Origin: Eledone cirrhosa
Taxonomy: Eukaryota
Direction: 5' to 3'
Assembly: GCA_964016885.1 (NCBI GenBank)
Contig: OZ024743.1
Location: 319,548,001-319,612,000 of the forward strand
DNA length: 64,000 bases
In this document: positions 46,303 through 59,631 of the stretch, piece by piece
How the letters are laid out: each line of letters starts with the position of its first letter
Numbering within the stretch: the stretch's first letter is position 1
Notes under the pieces: model-generated
What the model was told of the DNA's origin: nothing
The model's input: only the letters and a program-made list of their open reading frames with translations
Database searches by the model: none
Position numbers and translations under genes: made by a program

Positions 46303-46352
<50 letters not shown>

Positions 46353-46435
46353 TATACTCCAGTCCTATAAACTGTAGAGTGCTACTTATCCGATATTTGC
46401 ATTAATTTATTGTGCTACAATAAAACTCACCTCCT

Positions 46436-46510
<75 letters not shown>

Positions 46511-46569
46511 CATATATACATATACATATATATATATATATACACACATATATATATATACATTTATAT

Positions 46570-46615
<46 letters not shown>

Positions 46616-47203
46616 GATAACACCATAGCATATTTGATTGTGAGCGCTGGGACGATGTTTTAACGCGAATAAAAGAACAATAATCCTTGTAGTAGATAAT
46701 TTATGCTACCATATTCTTAAAAAAGACTTCTAAGGGTATTGTAAACATTCTCTTTGATGGGAAATACTGATGTTGGATGTAAGCTGTGTAGCCATTTGCA
46801 CGTTAATTTCACGAGCAAGCTGGAACACTTATCGTCGAACCAGACGGAGATCCATTCTAATCAATGTACTATATATACGAATCAAGCATAATATATTACT
46901 AGAAAGAGTATCGTGTATAAGAACATATGATTATCTATCAATAGATATTTCATTGATTTGAGTATCAATACATACTGAAATATGTTCGTCGTTATTCTAC
47001 ATAAAGCTCACATTGTCTTTTTGGTAACAAAAGCTTGTTGAAATTATTATTTTTGTTGTAACTGTTGTTATTGTTATCGTTGTTGTTGCTGTGTTCGTTG
47101 TCGTCGTTGTCATGATTATTGTCATCGCTGTTATTATCTTTATTATTATCAGACCACAAGTTTATAATGTTTATTGTATTGTTTGTGCAACGTTTGCGAC
47201 CAA

Positions 47204-47293
<90 letters not shown>

Positions 47294-47317
47294 CAGCAGC
47301 AACAATAGTAGTAGTAT

Positions 47318-47359
<42 letters not shown>

Positions 47360-48343
47360 ATCTATCCTCTTCTTCGTCGTCGTCATCATTATGATTAGTA
47401 TGATTTTCATGTTGCTGTTGTTATTGTCGTTGTTGTTGCTGTTATTATAATCATTATCGTCATCATCATCATCATTACATCCCATTCTTTTTTTCCTTGC
47501 TATAAACAAATTTCCAGTGTCGTACAGCTGCTCTTGTGATCTATCATTTCTTCTAAGTTATTTCTTCTTCACTTAACATTATAAAAACACAAACGTGGAA
47601 TATTTTTCACGGCATAATGTATAAACATATTTCTTTTTTCCTCGTTTCCCTCATCCGTTCAATTTATGCTAGACTTCTTTAGAAAATGGAATACTGTGTG
47701 TAGAAGTAAAAGAATCGAAAAGACATATCCTGAATAAATATAGACACCTTCCAACTTAATAAAATACAACAGAATTGAATTACACTCGGCCCTTTGGAAA
47801 CAAAACTGATTCGTTCCAGAATATCACTTGTTATAGCATAAATTAAACTATACGTACTTAAGGACAATTCCTTCCAAAACCGCAATCGACTTTGAAAGTC
47901 TACACCCAAACCATCTCTTTAAAAATTAATATATCACAAATAATCAATAAAAAATAAATACATACAATAGAAACAATGCATAAATTGCAAGAATATATTT
48001 TAAAAATATTTTTGATATTTTTTTGTTAGAGGGAGTGAGACTAAGCGAACTTTTGTAACCTTAGGTTTTGATTTGTAATTTTTGTATGAATATCTTCCAT
48101 TGACCTAAATGCATTCGTTATTCGTTGCCAAATTATTGGAAAATGATTCACTGTCACAGTTTTCATTACCACGACCGTTCGTTACGAGAGGGCCCACTGT
48201 GTAGTGTTTCATGAAAATAAATAACTCTAACTGTTATATGTGCTAGCGCCTTATTACGATTTTTTAAATATCAAAAAATCTCTAGAGATTAAAGTTGGTT
48301 TTTCTTAGGCTATCCTAGATGAAAAGGTACATGTATACACACA

Positions 48344-48730
<387 letters not shown>

Positions 48731-48857
48731 GATAAATATAAATTAAAGTAAAGTGTTTTTTTTTTGTACCCGTTTTAAAATGGCTAAATGGAATCTTCCA
48801 CGCTTTAATTTCAACACACAGTCTCAGGTCAAGTCATCTACCAGACAAATAAAACTA

Positions 48858-48937
<80 letters not shown>

Positions 48938-48945
<8 letters not shown>

Positions 48946-49406
48946 ATACTTCGAGAGGATCATACTGTTGTAATAATATTGCCAGAAATAATAACAGAAC
49001 ACACTCACTGTTTGATTTGTTTTCACTTCTGTATCTTTTATATCTCCATAGTTAATTCATTTGGCCCTCAATATTTGTCATTGACTGACCAACGGTCAAA
49101 AATACATATATAAATACACATATATAGTCTAACAAAGTTCTTTCGTTGCACATCTGCAAAATCATCAGTGGTACTATTATGTTTCCTCCTGTTGTATTGT
49201 ATGCCTACGCCATTTTTATTTTATCTGTTTATTTATTTATTTATTTATTTATTTTTGTCTTCTTCTCTGCGCATGCGTTTGCGTGTGTGTATAGTGTTTG
49301 GTGTATGTGTTCGCGTTTGGGTGACAGTGTTTTGGTTATTGTATTCTATTTTAGTTTACTAGTGTGTGTTTATATGTGTTTGTTGTTATTGTGCTTGTGT
49401 ATATAT

Positions 49407-49441
<35 letters not shown>

Positions 49442-50411
49442 TATTTCGCTTAAGTCAGTATTGTTTGTTTGGGTGTTGTTATTCCATTCATTTTTTCTGT
49501 TTAGCTTTGGCTTTCTAAGCTCTATTTCACTTGCCTCTCTAGTTTGCCTATCTACTGGGTCATTTCTATGTTTAGATATTATTTTAATTTCTATGTTGTC
49601 TATGTTACCGTCATGTTGTTGTCTGGCGTGTTCGTATAGTACTGAACCGTTTCTTCGTCCTTTTATTTCCTGCCAGTGTTGTTCTATCCTTTCTCCTATG
49701 CTTCGAGCTATTTCGGCTATGTATGTTGTTGTCATGTTTCTGCAAGTACCCCCTGTACATGTTATGCTATAGACTATAGACTATTTAGGCAAATCAGAGA
49801 GGCAAGCGAAATAGAGCTTAAAAAATGAATGGAATAACAACACCCAAACAAACAATACGACTTAAGAGAAATATAAATAAATATATAAATATATATATAA
49901 ACAAGCACAATAACAACAAACACATATAAACACACACTAGTAAACTAAAATAGAATACAATAACCAAAACACTGTCACCCAAACGCGAACACACACCCCA
50001 AACACTATACCCACACGCAAACGCATGCGCAGAGAATAAGACAAAAATAAATAAATAATTAAACAGATAAAATAAAAATGGCGTAGACATACAATACAAC
50101 AGGAGGAAACATAATAGTACCACTGATGATGTTGCAGACGTGCAACGAAAGAACTTTGTTAGACTATATATATGTATTTATATCTGTGTTTTTGACCGTT
50201 GGTTGGTCAGTCAGTGATAAACATTGAGGACCAAATAAATTAACTATGGAGATATAAAAGATACAAAAGTGAAAACCAACCAAACAGTGAGTGTGTTCTG
50301 TTATTATTTGTGGCAATATTATTACAACAATATGACCCTCCCCATGTATAACAATATTTGTTTTGACTCACGATTTCATATAAAAAACCTCGCAAAACAA
50401 TTTCACCGCCG

Positions 50412-50412
<1 letters not shown>
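48938..50412. mobile_element. Head-to-head Penelope-like insertion with GIY-YIG remnant
   Basis: YIAEIARSIGERIEQHW...SVLYEH (49439-49735, minus); 49785-50355 inverted versus 48938-49550; related to the 54898 family. Confidence 0.88.
50119..50160 (+). ncRNA. Hammerhead-like motif (mirror copy about 49133-49172 minus)
   Basis: ca CTGATGA t gttgca-gacg-tgcaac GAAA gaac TT tg; stem I weak. Confidence 0.62.
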
Positions 50413-50451
<39 letters not shown>

Positions 50452-50633
50452 CGAAGGAAGTGTGGTAAGGAACCAGATGGACCATAACGCACCAAGTCCA
50501 GAATTAGCCGTCGAAACGGCTTGAGCTCAGCCGTCGGGGTCCTACTCGTTCCTATATATATATATATATATAAACATACACACACAAATATATATATATA
50601 TATATTCATCTACATACACATACATACGCACAT

Positions 50634-50665
<32 letters not shown>

Positions 50666-50669
<4 letters not shown>

Positions 50670-50802
50670 CAATTTTAACAAAAGATATTAAGCAACACTA
50701 ATAATAAATCAAAAAACATAAAAATAAACAAGCTTTTGACTGTTTTATATATATTTCAAAATTACGATGCTATGATGCTAGGTGTTTCCATTATTTTGTT
50801 TC

Positions 50803-50805
<3 letters not shown>
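50666..50805 (-). mobile_element. Inverted, diverged left-end fragment of the same Tc1 family
   Basis: Reverse complement of about 50844-50988 with several substitutions and a small deletion in the TIR. Confidence 0.85.
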
Positions 50806-50843
<38 letters not shown>

Positions 50844-50846
<3 letters not shown>

Positions 50847-52118
50847 GGGTTGGACAAAATAATGGAAACACCTAGCATCATAGCATCATAATTTTGAAAT
50901 ATATATAAAACAGTCAAAAGCTTGTTTATTTTTATGTTTTTTGATTTATTATTAGCGTTGCTTAATATGTTTTAATAAAATTGTTGTTTCATTTCAGATA
51001 TCATCAGAAAAAGGTAATTAAAATTCATTAAAATGACAGATCTATCGGACTTTCAAAGAGGTCAAATTGTTGGTGCTCATATGGCAGGCGCTAGCGTAAC
51101 GAAAACAGCCGAAATGTTTGGTGTATCAATAAGTACTGTCTCGAAAGTAATGACAGCCTTTGAGAAAGAGGGAAAAACCTCCTCGTCGAAACAAAACACC
51201 GGAAGGAAACCAAAACTTTCAGATAGGCACCGTCGAACTCTTACGCGAATTGTTAGAAAGGATCACAAAAGTACAGCTCCCAAAAATACTGCAGAGCTTA
51301 ATGACCACCTCGAGAACCCAGTTTCCACAAAAACTGTTCGCCGGGAGCTGCACAAAGCCGGATTTCACGGGAGGGCTGCAATCAGAAAACCACTACTTTC
51401 AATAACAAACGTTGCAAAGCGTTTAGAGTGGAGTAAAAACCTACAGAATTGGTCCCTAGAGCAGTGGAAGAATGTTATTTTCTCAGACGAGTCATCCTTT
51501 ACCTTATTTCCGACCACCAGCCGAGTATACGTGTGGAGACAGCCAAAAGAAGCAATTGACCCAGACTGCCTTCTTCCAACTGTTAAACATGGAGGAGGAT
51601 CTGTGATGATCTGGGGGCTATATCTTGGAAATCCGCCGGCCCAATGGTTTCCCTTCATGGCAGAATTAATACTCAAGACTAATTAAGCATTTTATCTGAT
51701 CAAATTCGTCCTATGGTTGCGGAAGAACTGTTTCCGGAGGGAAACGCAATCTTTCAGGATGATAATGCACCAATTCACACAGCTAAAGTTGTTACTGAAA
51801 AGCACGAGGAACATACTAGTGAAGTTGAACATCTTATCTGGCCACCACAGTCCTCAGATCTCAATATTATTGAACATTTATGGTGTATTTTAGAAAAACA
51901 AGTAAGGAGTCGATATCCTCCACCATCATCACTACAAGAACTGGAGACTGTTTTAGCTGAAGAATGGACAAAAATTCCTTTGGAAACAATTCAAACTTTG
52001 TACGAGTCCATACCTCGTAGAATTCAAGCTGTAATTACTGCCAAAGGTGGTCCTACCCCATATTAAAATTAATTTGTTTGTAATTTTAAGGTGTTTCCAT
52101 TATTTTGTCCAACCCCTG
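50844..52118 (+). mobile_element. Tc1-family DNA transposon, DD36E type, frameshifted
   Basis: 30-bp TIRs caggggttggacaaaataatggaaacacct, TA flanks; transposase 51033-52066 with GRKPKL, IFSDES, KHGGGSVMIWG, FQDDNAPIH, WPPQSSDLNIIE; frameshift near 51615. Confidence 0.95.
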
Positions 52119-52259
52119 TATATACATACATATATATATATATACATATATATACATATATATACATGTACATACACACTTACACATACATATATATATA
52201 TATAAAAATATATATATACATACAAACACATACATACACACATATATACACATACACAC

Positions 52260-52347
<88 letters not shown>

Positions 52348-52348
<1 letters not shown>

Positions 52349-52776
52349 ATGAAAAATTGAACAGGGACAGAACAGAGAGGCAGTACGATAAATGTTTATT
52401 AAATTCACGCTCAGGAGAGTGGGGGATAGATGGGGGACGACGTTTCGGGCATAAGCCCTTCTTCAGGTGAGAAGTGTGTGGGAACAGAGTTCAAAAGGTG
52501 TGTAGGGGAGTGGTGGAGAGACATATAGCGAAAGGAAACGGTGCGAATGAAAAATTAACAAATGAAGACAAAAAATATAATAAATAAAAATAAAGCATGA
52601 TCAAAATACAAGGAAAGAGAAAATTTAAAAATAAAGGCATGATCAAAATAAACTGAAATTAAAAGGGGGGTAAACAGGTGGTGGAAGGGTGTGGGGTGAG
52701 TAGGGGTGGTGGCGGGTGGAGTGGGGAGAGGGAGACGGGTGTCCGAGCGGGGAGGGCTGAAGGTGGTGTGTGTGGT

Positions 52777-52812
<36 letters not shown>

Positions 52813-54848
52813 AAAGTGAGGGTTGGGGGAAGAACGGGGTTGCATGTTCAGGAAGGTGTGTGTGGGGGGTGTTTTTGTGGGTCGGAGTGTCTGTGCGTGT
52901 GTGGATAGGGGGTGGGGGGAGAGGAATCAGGAGGCTGAGGGTGTAAATATGTGGTGGGAAGCACGTGTGTGTGGTTTAAGCGTGTTGTGGGTGTGGGTGG
53001 CGTGTGGATAAAAACATTTTTTGTTGGGGTGTGTGTGTGGGTGAGTTATATAGGTGATGGTGTAAGAGAATGGTTGAAAAGTTGGTAAGTTACACCGATG
53101 TTTGGAGATTTTGGTTAGAAGTCAAATTCGCGTGTGGGTAATCCAAGAAGCGGTGGTCGGAAGAGGAGAGATGTGGGATGCGCGCGCAACAGGAAGTGGT
53201 CAGCAGTGGGAGTGCTGTGGTCAGTTGGTGCTGAGAGGTGGTGGGAAGGGCATAGCAGCAGTCGGCGGAAGGTAGGGAGGCGAGGATGGGTAGGTGTGAG
53301 AGTTGGAGTGAGGAGGGTGTGTGTGTGTGTGTGTATTAGTAGGGGTGTTAGTGGGATGAGTGAGTGTGGAGCGGGGAGAGAAGGGTGTGTGTGGTTCTAT
53401 GGAGGGAGTGTGGTGTACTGGTGTGTGTGTAGTTTGGTGAAGAGGTGTTAGTGGGTGTTAGTATACGGGAGGTGGGGAGGGGTGGTATGAAGGTGTGAGT
53501 GGGGGTTAGTGGGGGTAGGGTGTGTAGAGGTGGTGGTGTACGAGGGTGTGTGGGTACGTGTGCGTGGGGTTGGAGGGTGTTAGTGATGTTAGTTGCGTGT
53601 GGGGTGGGTGGTGTAAGTGGGTGCGTGTGTGCGTGTGATAAGGAGGGGGGAGGAGGAGAAGAGGGGAGGGAAGGGATGTTAGTATGTTAGTTGGGGAAGG
53701 GTGGTCAGATGAGGGGTGGAGTGGAGGTGTTAGTATTGTTAGTGTGGGGTGGGCGGTGAAAAGGAGGGGTGTGTTAGTGGTGTTAGTGGGGGATAAGTGG
53801 GGGAGAGGGGGCGGTCGAACGCTAAAGGAATAAGGGTGGGGAGTTCAGGCCGGGGGGAGTGTGGGTCTGTAAGATGAAGATAGTGCGTTATTCGACCGTA
53901 AGGCGATGGGCGGGTGTTCCGTGGCACTGGAGTAGGCCACAGACTGTGAGATGGCGTGCGGTGTGTCCAGGGCCACCAAAGTGGCGGGCGATGGGGGAAC
54001 TGCCCCCGAGACGAATATCCCGGAGGTGCTCCGTGACTCGATCCGTCAGGCGACGTCCCGTCTGTCCGACATAAGTCGCGCTGCACTCCGTGCAACGAAG
54101 TCCGTAGACTAGGTTGGAGGAGGTGCAGCGGAAGGCATGCCGGACCGAGAGAGAGTGGCCGTTGGGACCCTGGAAGGTGGTGGTGTTGGTGATGTGGGGA
54201 CAGGTGTTGCAGCGGGGCCTAGAACAGGGGAAGGAACCGGGGGGGGGGGGGAGCGTGGGTTGGGGGGTAGGTAGCTGTGGACGAGGAGGGTGCGGAGATT
54301 GCGTGCGCGTTTGAAGGAGGGGAGTGGTGGGTTGGGAAGATGTGGGAGGTGGAGGGGTCGGACTGGAGGCGTCGGAAGAGGCGGCGGATGGTGCGGTGGA
54401 GGGGTAAGGTGGAGGGGTGGTAGGTGATGGGGAAGGGGAGACGGTGGGTGGGTGTGCGGTGGCGTGGGGTGAGGGTGGTGGAGCGGGGGATAGCACGGGT
54501 GCGGGTGAGAGCGGTGTAGACGAGAGAGGGGGGGTAACCTCTGCGGATGAAATGGCTGACTAGGGAAAGGGCCTGGGACTCGAAGTCAGCATCTCGGCTA
54601 CAGAGGCGGCGGATCCTGAGAAGTTGGGAGTAGGGAATGGAGAGTTTAGTGTGGGTGGGGTGGGAAGAGGTGAAGTCGAGGTAAGAGTGGGAGTCGGTGG
54701 GTTTGAAGAAGGCGGAGGTGACGAGGGAGTGGTGGGAGGGGTCGAAGGCGACGGAGATGTCCAAGAAGTGGACGTGGGTGGTGGAGATAGAGGTGGTGAA
54801 GTGGAGGGAGGGGTGGAAGGAGCAGAAGAAGGAGAGAAAGGAGTCGAG
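52348..54848 (-). mobile_element. Penelope-like element (Neptune-like), 5'-truncated: RT thumb, CxxxRCxxC linker, GIY-YIG, long 3' region with hammerhead
   Basis: HFLDI, KPTDSHSYLDFTSSHP, SIPYSQLLRIRRLCS, CSRPRCNTCPHI, NLVYGLRC, YVGQTGRRLTDRVTEH. Confidence 0.93.
52436..52470 (-). ncRNA. Hammerhead ribozyme of the Neptune-like PLE
   Basis: ac CTGAAGA a gggc-ttat-gccc GAAA cg TC gt. Confidence 0.78.
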
Positions 54849-54897
<49 letters not shown>

Positions 54898-54899
<2 letters not shown>

Positions 54900-56878
54900 T
54901 TCGTTTCTGAATTTGTTTAGCAAGATTCTTTATCTGAAAACGTGTGTTGAAACCGATATTGTTATACCTTGGGAGGGTCATGTTGCCAATAAGAAACACA
55001 AGCACCAGTTGCTTTCACTCCAAATTATTATAAATTAAATTATAAATTAAAAAATTTATAAATTTCTGGTTGGTTGGTTGGTTCCACAACCGGACGGTTG
55101 TTCATATATTGTCAAAGTTCTTTCGTCACACATTCTGTGACCTCTTCAGTGACAGGGATTATTTTCTTTATTTTGTGCCTCTCCTTTGTTCTGTCCGACG
55201 CCATCTTGTTTTTGTGTGTGTTGTGTGCTTAGTTTGTGCATGTGTTACATCCGGGTGTCTGTGTGTGTTTTTATTTGTATTTGTTTGTTTGTATTTGTTT
55301 ATTTGCTTGTATTTGCTTATCTATTTGTTTATTTACATGTTACTGTTTGGTTGTTTGTTCTATGTGTGTGTGTTTTCATTTTGTCCTTAATTGTAAGTTG
55401 TGATGTTGCTATTCCATTCATGTTTTCTATTTAATTTATGTTTATTGTCTCTGTGATTTGTCTAAACATTGCGTCTTTTCTGTGTGTAGATTTTATTTTT
55501 ATTTCTTTGTTCTCTAATTTACCCTTATGTTCTATTTTAGCATGTTGGTGGAGTACTGATGATTCTTTTCTATCTTGAAGTTCTCGCCAGTGTTCATTTA
55601 AGCTTTCTCCTATACTACGAGCTGTCTCACCTATGTACACTCTATTCTTATCTTTACATTGTCCTTCAGTACATCTTGTGCTATATACTATGTTTCTAGT
55701 TTTACAGTTAATATGGGGGCTTAGTTTACAGATTATGCATTCCTTATCTATACAGGGATGTCTTTGAAAAGGGTATGTATTGCTAATAAGTGTTTTTATG
55801 GAGGTACCTGGTCTTTCTACTATCTTAATATTTAGATTAAGTTAATCTAGGGCCCTTCTAAATTTGTAAGCTAGTTCACCTCTAGGGGTTGTATTGATGA
55901 ACATTACACTCTGGTATTTATTGCTATCATACCATGAATTTATTCTATTAACCTTATTCCTAGTTCTTTCTATTCTATTCCAAAATTTGCTCCTATACAA
56001 GGGGCAGGTCCCATTTGTATCATTATTTACCATTTTTCCCATTTGGTTCTGGCTCCTCTATATACTCTGATTTTATCTCTCTGATTGTAACCAGAGAACT
56101 GCAGACGGTAGATGAAGTGTTGTATGTGTCTCTCCAGTTCTTTGGGGTTGCACATGCGGGACACGTTTCTCATCACCCGTACCAAATCGGCAATCAGTAT
56201 GTTGATTTTGGTGTGATCCGAAACAGCTGAGTTTTGGTGGATCAGATATTTCGAAGTCATGGATTTGGCATAATGGGAATGGAGGATTTGTTTTTTGTTA
56301 TTAATGGTTTCTAACCAGAGCTCTGTGTCTAGTACAGGTAATCGATGGTTGAGGTGTTTGCTTGGGTAGTCTAGACAAATCACAGAGGCAATAAACATAA
56401 ATGAACTCCAACCAAAATTAAATAGAAAACATGAATGGAATAGCAACATCACAACTTACAATTAAGGACAAAATGAAAACACACACACACACATAGAATA
56501 AACAACCAACCAGTAACATGTAAATAAACAAATAAATAAACAAATACAAACAAACAAATACAAATAAAAACACACACAGACACTCAGATGTAACACATGC
56601 GCAAACTAAGCACACAACACACAAAAACAAGATGGCGTAGGACAGAACAAAGGAGAGGCACAAAACAAAGAAAAGAATCCCAGTCACTGAAGAGGTCACA
56701 TAATGTGTGACGAAAGAACTTTGACAATATATGAACAACCGTCCGTTTGTGGAACAACCAACCAACCGGAAATTTATAATTTTTTAAATTTATAATTTAA
56801 TTTATAATAAATTGGAGTGAAAGCATGGTGCGTGTGTTTCTTATTTGCAACATGACCCTCCCAAAGTATAACAATATA
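54898..56878 (-). mobile_element. Penelope-like element with inverted terminal copy
   Basis: RLPVLDTELW, HYAK, LQFSGY, YIGETARS...EH on the minus strand (55431-56372); 56417-56878 is an inverted copy of about 54956-55435. Confidence 0.9.
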
Positions 56879-57570
56879 TATATATATATATATATATATC
56901 ATCATCATCATCATCATCATCATTTCATTTTACGTCCGCTTTTTCCCTGCTTGCAAGGGTGGGACGGGAACTGATTCTGGCTCGATTTCTACAGCTGGAT
57001 GCCCTTCCTAACACCAACCTCATTTACAGTGAGTGCTGGGTGCTTTTTTGCCGTGGCACCTCCACGACCACTTTGCAGTGGAATGATATGGACCCCAGTC
57101 CCTATCATCTCATTTCTACAGCTAAGTAAACTGGAGCAATGTGAAATAAAATGTTTTGCTCAAGGAAACAACACATCACCCCGTCTGAGAATTGAACTCA
57201 CAAACTTTCGATTGCAAGGCCAATGCTCTAACCACTAAGCCATCTGCCTCCATTTATATATATATATGTGCCTCCATTTATATATATATTTATATATATA
57301 TATATATATTTCATATATATGTTCCAGAAGTGGTTGTGTGTGAGAGTGTCTGGATGTTTTGTTACTTATGTGGGGATGGGTAAGAAAAACTGTAGTGTTG
57401 TAGCGGTGCAGAAAGAATTAGGTCAAGTTGAAGAATTGTCAAGGATATCTGGATGTATTTATCACCTTGACTTATTTATCGTCTTCCTTATATAATCACA
57501 CACTACTATCCCAAGTATTCAGTACACTGTTGAATAATGGTCTAACGAGTATAATACTGGATTAATCCTG

Positions 57571-57621
<51 letters not shown>

Positions 57622-58114
57622 CCCCCCCCCCACACACACACACATACACACACACACACGCACACACAGACACACATATATATATATATATATATATTTC
57701 TCGACCGTTATATCGCGTGACTATCTCCCCCTCCGCCTTTTGGGATTCTTTCTCACGTCGTGTAGACGCGTTCTTGAGACTAGTAAAATGAGGTATCCTC
57801 TTGATAAGTCGGCAGACCTCGCAGGGACTCTATATCTTTGATATATTGTTTTTGTTTATGCCACGAAACTACGTAGTCGAGGAATTTAGGAACAGTTTGG
57901 GTATGATACATTTTATTACTAATTATATCTAAATGTTTCTTCTCTCTTCATAATGTATTTTTAACTCTGATACTGGTTCAGTCTAGTTCAAACTGAATTG
58001 GTCTGTCCCAGTCATTCATTGAGCAACATCGGTGAAGTTGGCACCCTTAACTCACAGTTGGGTGCGGATGCATTCATGTATATATGTGTGTGTCCGCATG
58101 TATCTGTGTGTTTC

Positions 58115-58169
<55 letters not shown>

Positions 58170-58279
58170 CAACAGAAATTTCATGATTTAGCAATATTCA
58201 AAATATCCGTACTATAGTGAGTAATATTCACTGAGATATAGATTGCACATCATTATAATGAGAAATTAAAAAGACCTAC

Positions 58280-58335
58280 CTTGCTAATTTACTTAATCCT
58301 AAAATTCTTTTGTTTGGTAAATAGCCAATGGATAC
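58280..58335 (-). CDS. GCH1: GTP cyclohydrolase I internal exon (equivalent to exon 3)
   Basis: VSIGYLPNKRILGLSKLAR; ttttttcag acceptor, gtaggt donor; 56 bp; phase compatible with the 110-bp exon. Confidence 0.95.
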
Positions 58336-58451
58336 CTGAAAAAAGAACAAATATAGAGGAATATCTATTATATTAAAGCTGTTGTAGATGGCGTTTAAAT
58401 AATCTGTACTGCGGAAGAGGTGATGATAAGGGTGTGTGCGATTTAGAGAGG

Positions 58452-58537
<86 letters not shown>

Positions 58538-58763
58538 ATGGTAGCGATAGTTGTGATGGTCGTTCTGGTGGTGGTCGTGGTGGTCCTAGTATTGGCTGGA
58601 GTAGCGGTGGTTTTGGTGATGGATTTGGTCGTGGTGCTTGTGGTTGTTGTGGGGCCCACAGAGCTAAATATGTTTTAATTCCACGCTGTAACAAGTATTT
58701 ATGAAAAAGGAATTGTAAATGTGTGTGTGGGGTGTGTGCGTATGTGTGTGTGTGTGTGCGATT

Positions 58764-58827
<64 letters not shown>

Positions 58828-59094
58828 AAGGGGTTATATGTTTACGAAGAATATCATTTATCTACAAATTATTACTGAGTAAAATATTCCATTTCAGTCA
58901 TATATTAAATATATTCGAATAATGTTGTATTGCTGCATATATATAGTTATGTATGATATTTATATATTATATACACATATGCCATACATAAATACATGCA
59001 TACATACATATGTACATAAGTACATATATACATACACATGCATACATAAAAACATATACATGCATATACAGACACACATATATACATACGTACG

Positions 59095-59172
<78 letters not shown>

Positions 59173-59183
59173 CATGCATACTC

Positions 59184-59605
59184 TACCATGACTACACCTT
59201 CAGATTTATGCCTGTGATTATTGGGGCACTGGGATATGTTAGTAACTGCCTCAATACAAATCTTGAGAAGCTGGGCTTCACAGAAACAGAAAGAACACTA
59301 GTTGGGAAATTACAAGTACAATCGATTAATGGAACAGAAAAAATATGTAAAACATTCCAAAAACTCTGCATCTAATAACTGCATATACACATGTACAGAT
59401 ACAAAGCGTATGCACATGCACACATACAACTCAAAACATCCACATCCACACATACAATAACATCCATACCTGCACACACATGCATACATATCTACCTAGA
59501 TGATGTTGTGTAAATTCCAATGAGAGAGTCTTGTAACTATGTTAGAAACCGATACTCTCTCTCTATTGGCAAATATTTGTGAAATTATAAAACCAGAAGA
59601 ACAAT
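59184..59605 (+). mobile_element. 3' fragment of R4-like family A
   Basis: Near-identical to 61530-61942 (YTFRFMPVIIGALGYV, tail gaaattataaaaccagaagaa) followed by (CATA)n. Confidence 0.9.
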
Positions 59606-59631
59606 CATACATACATACATACATACAAACA

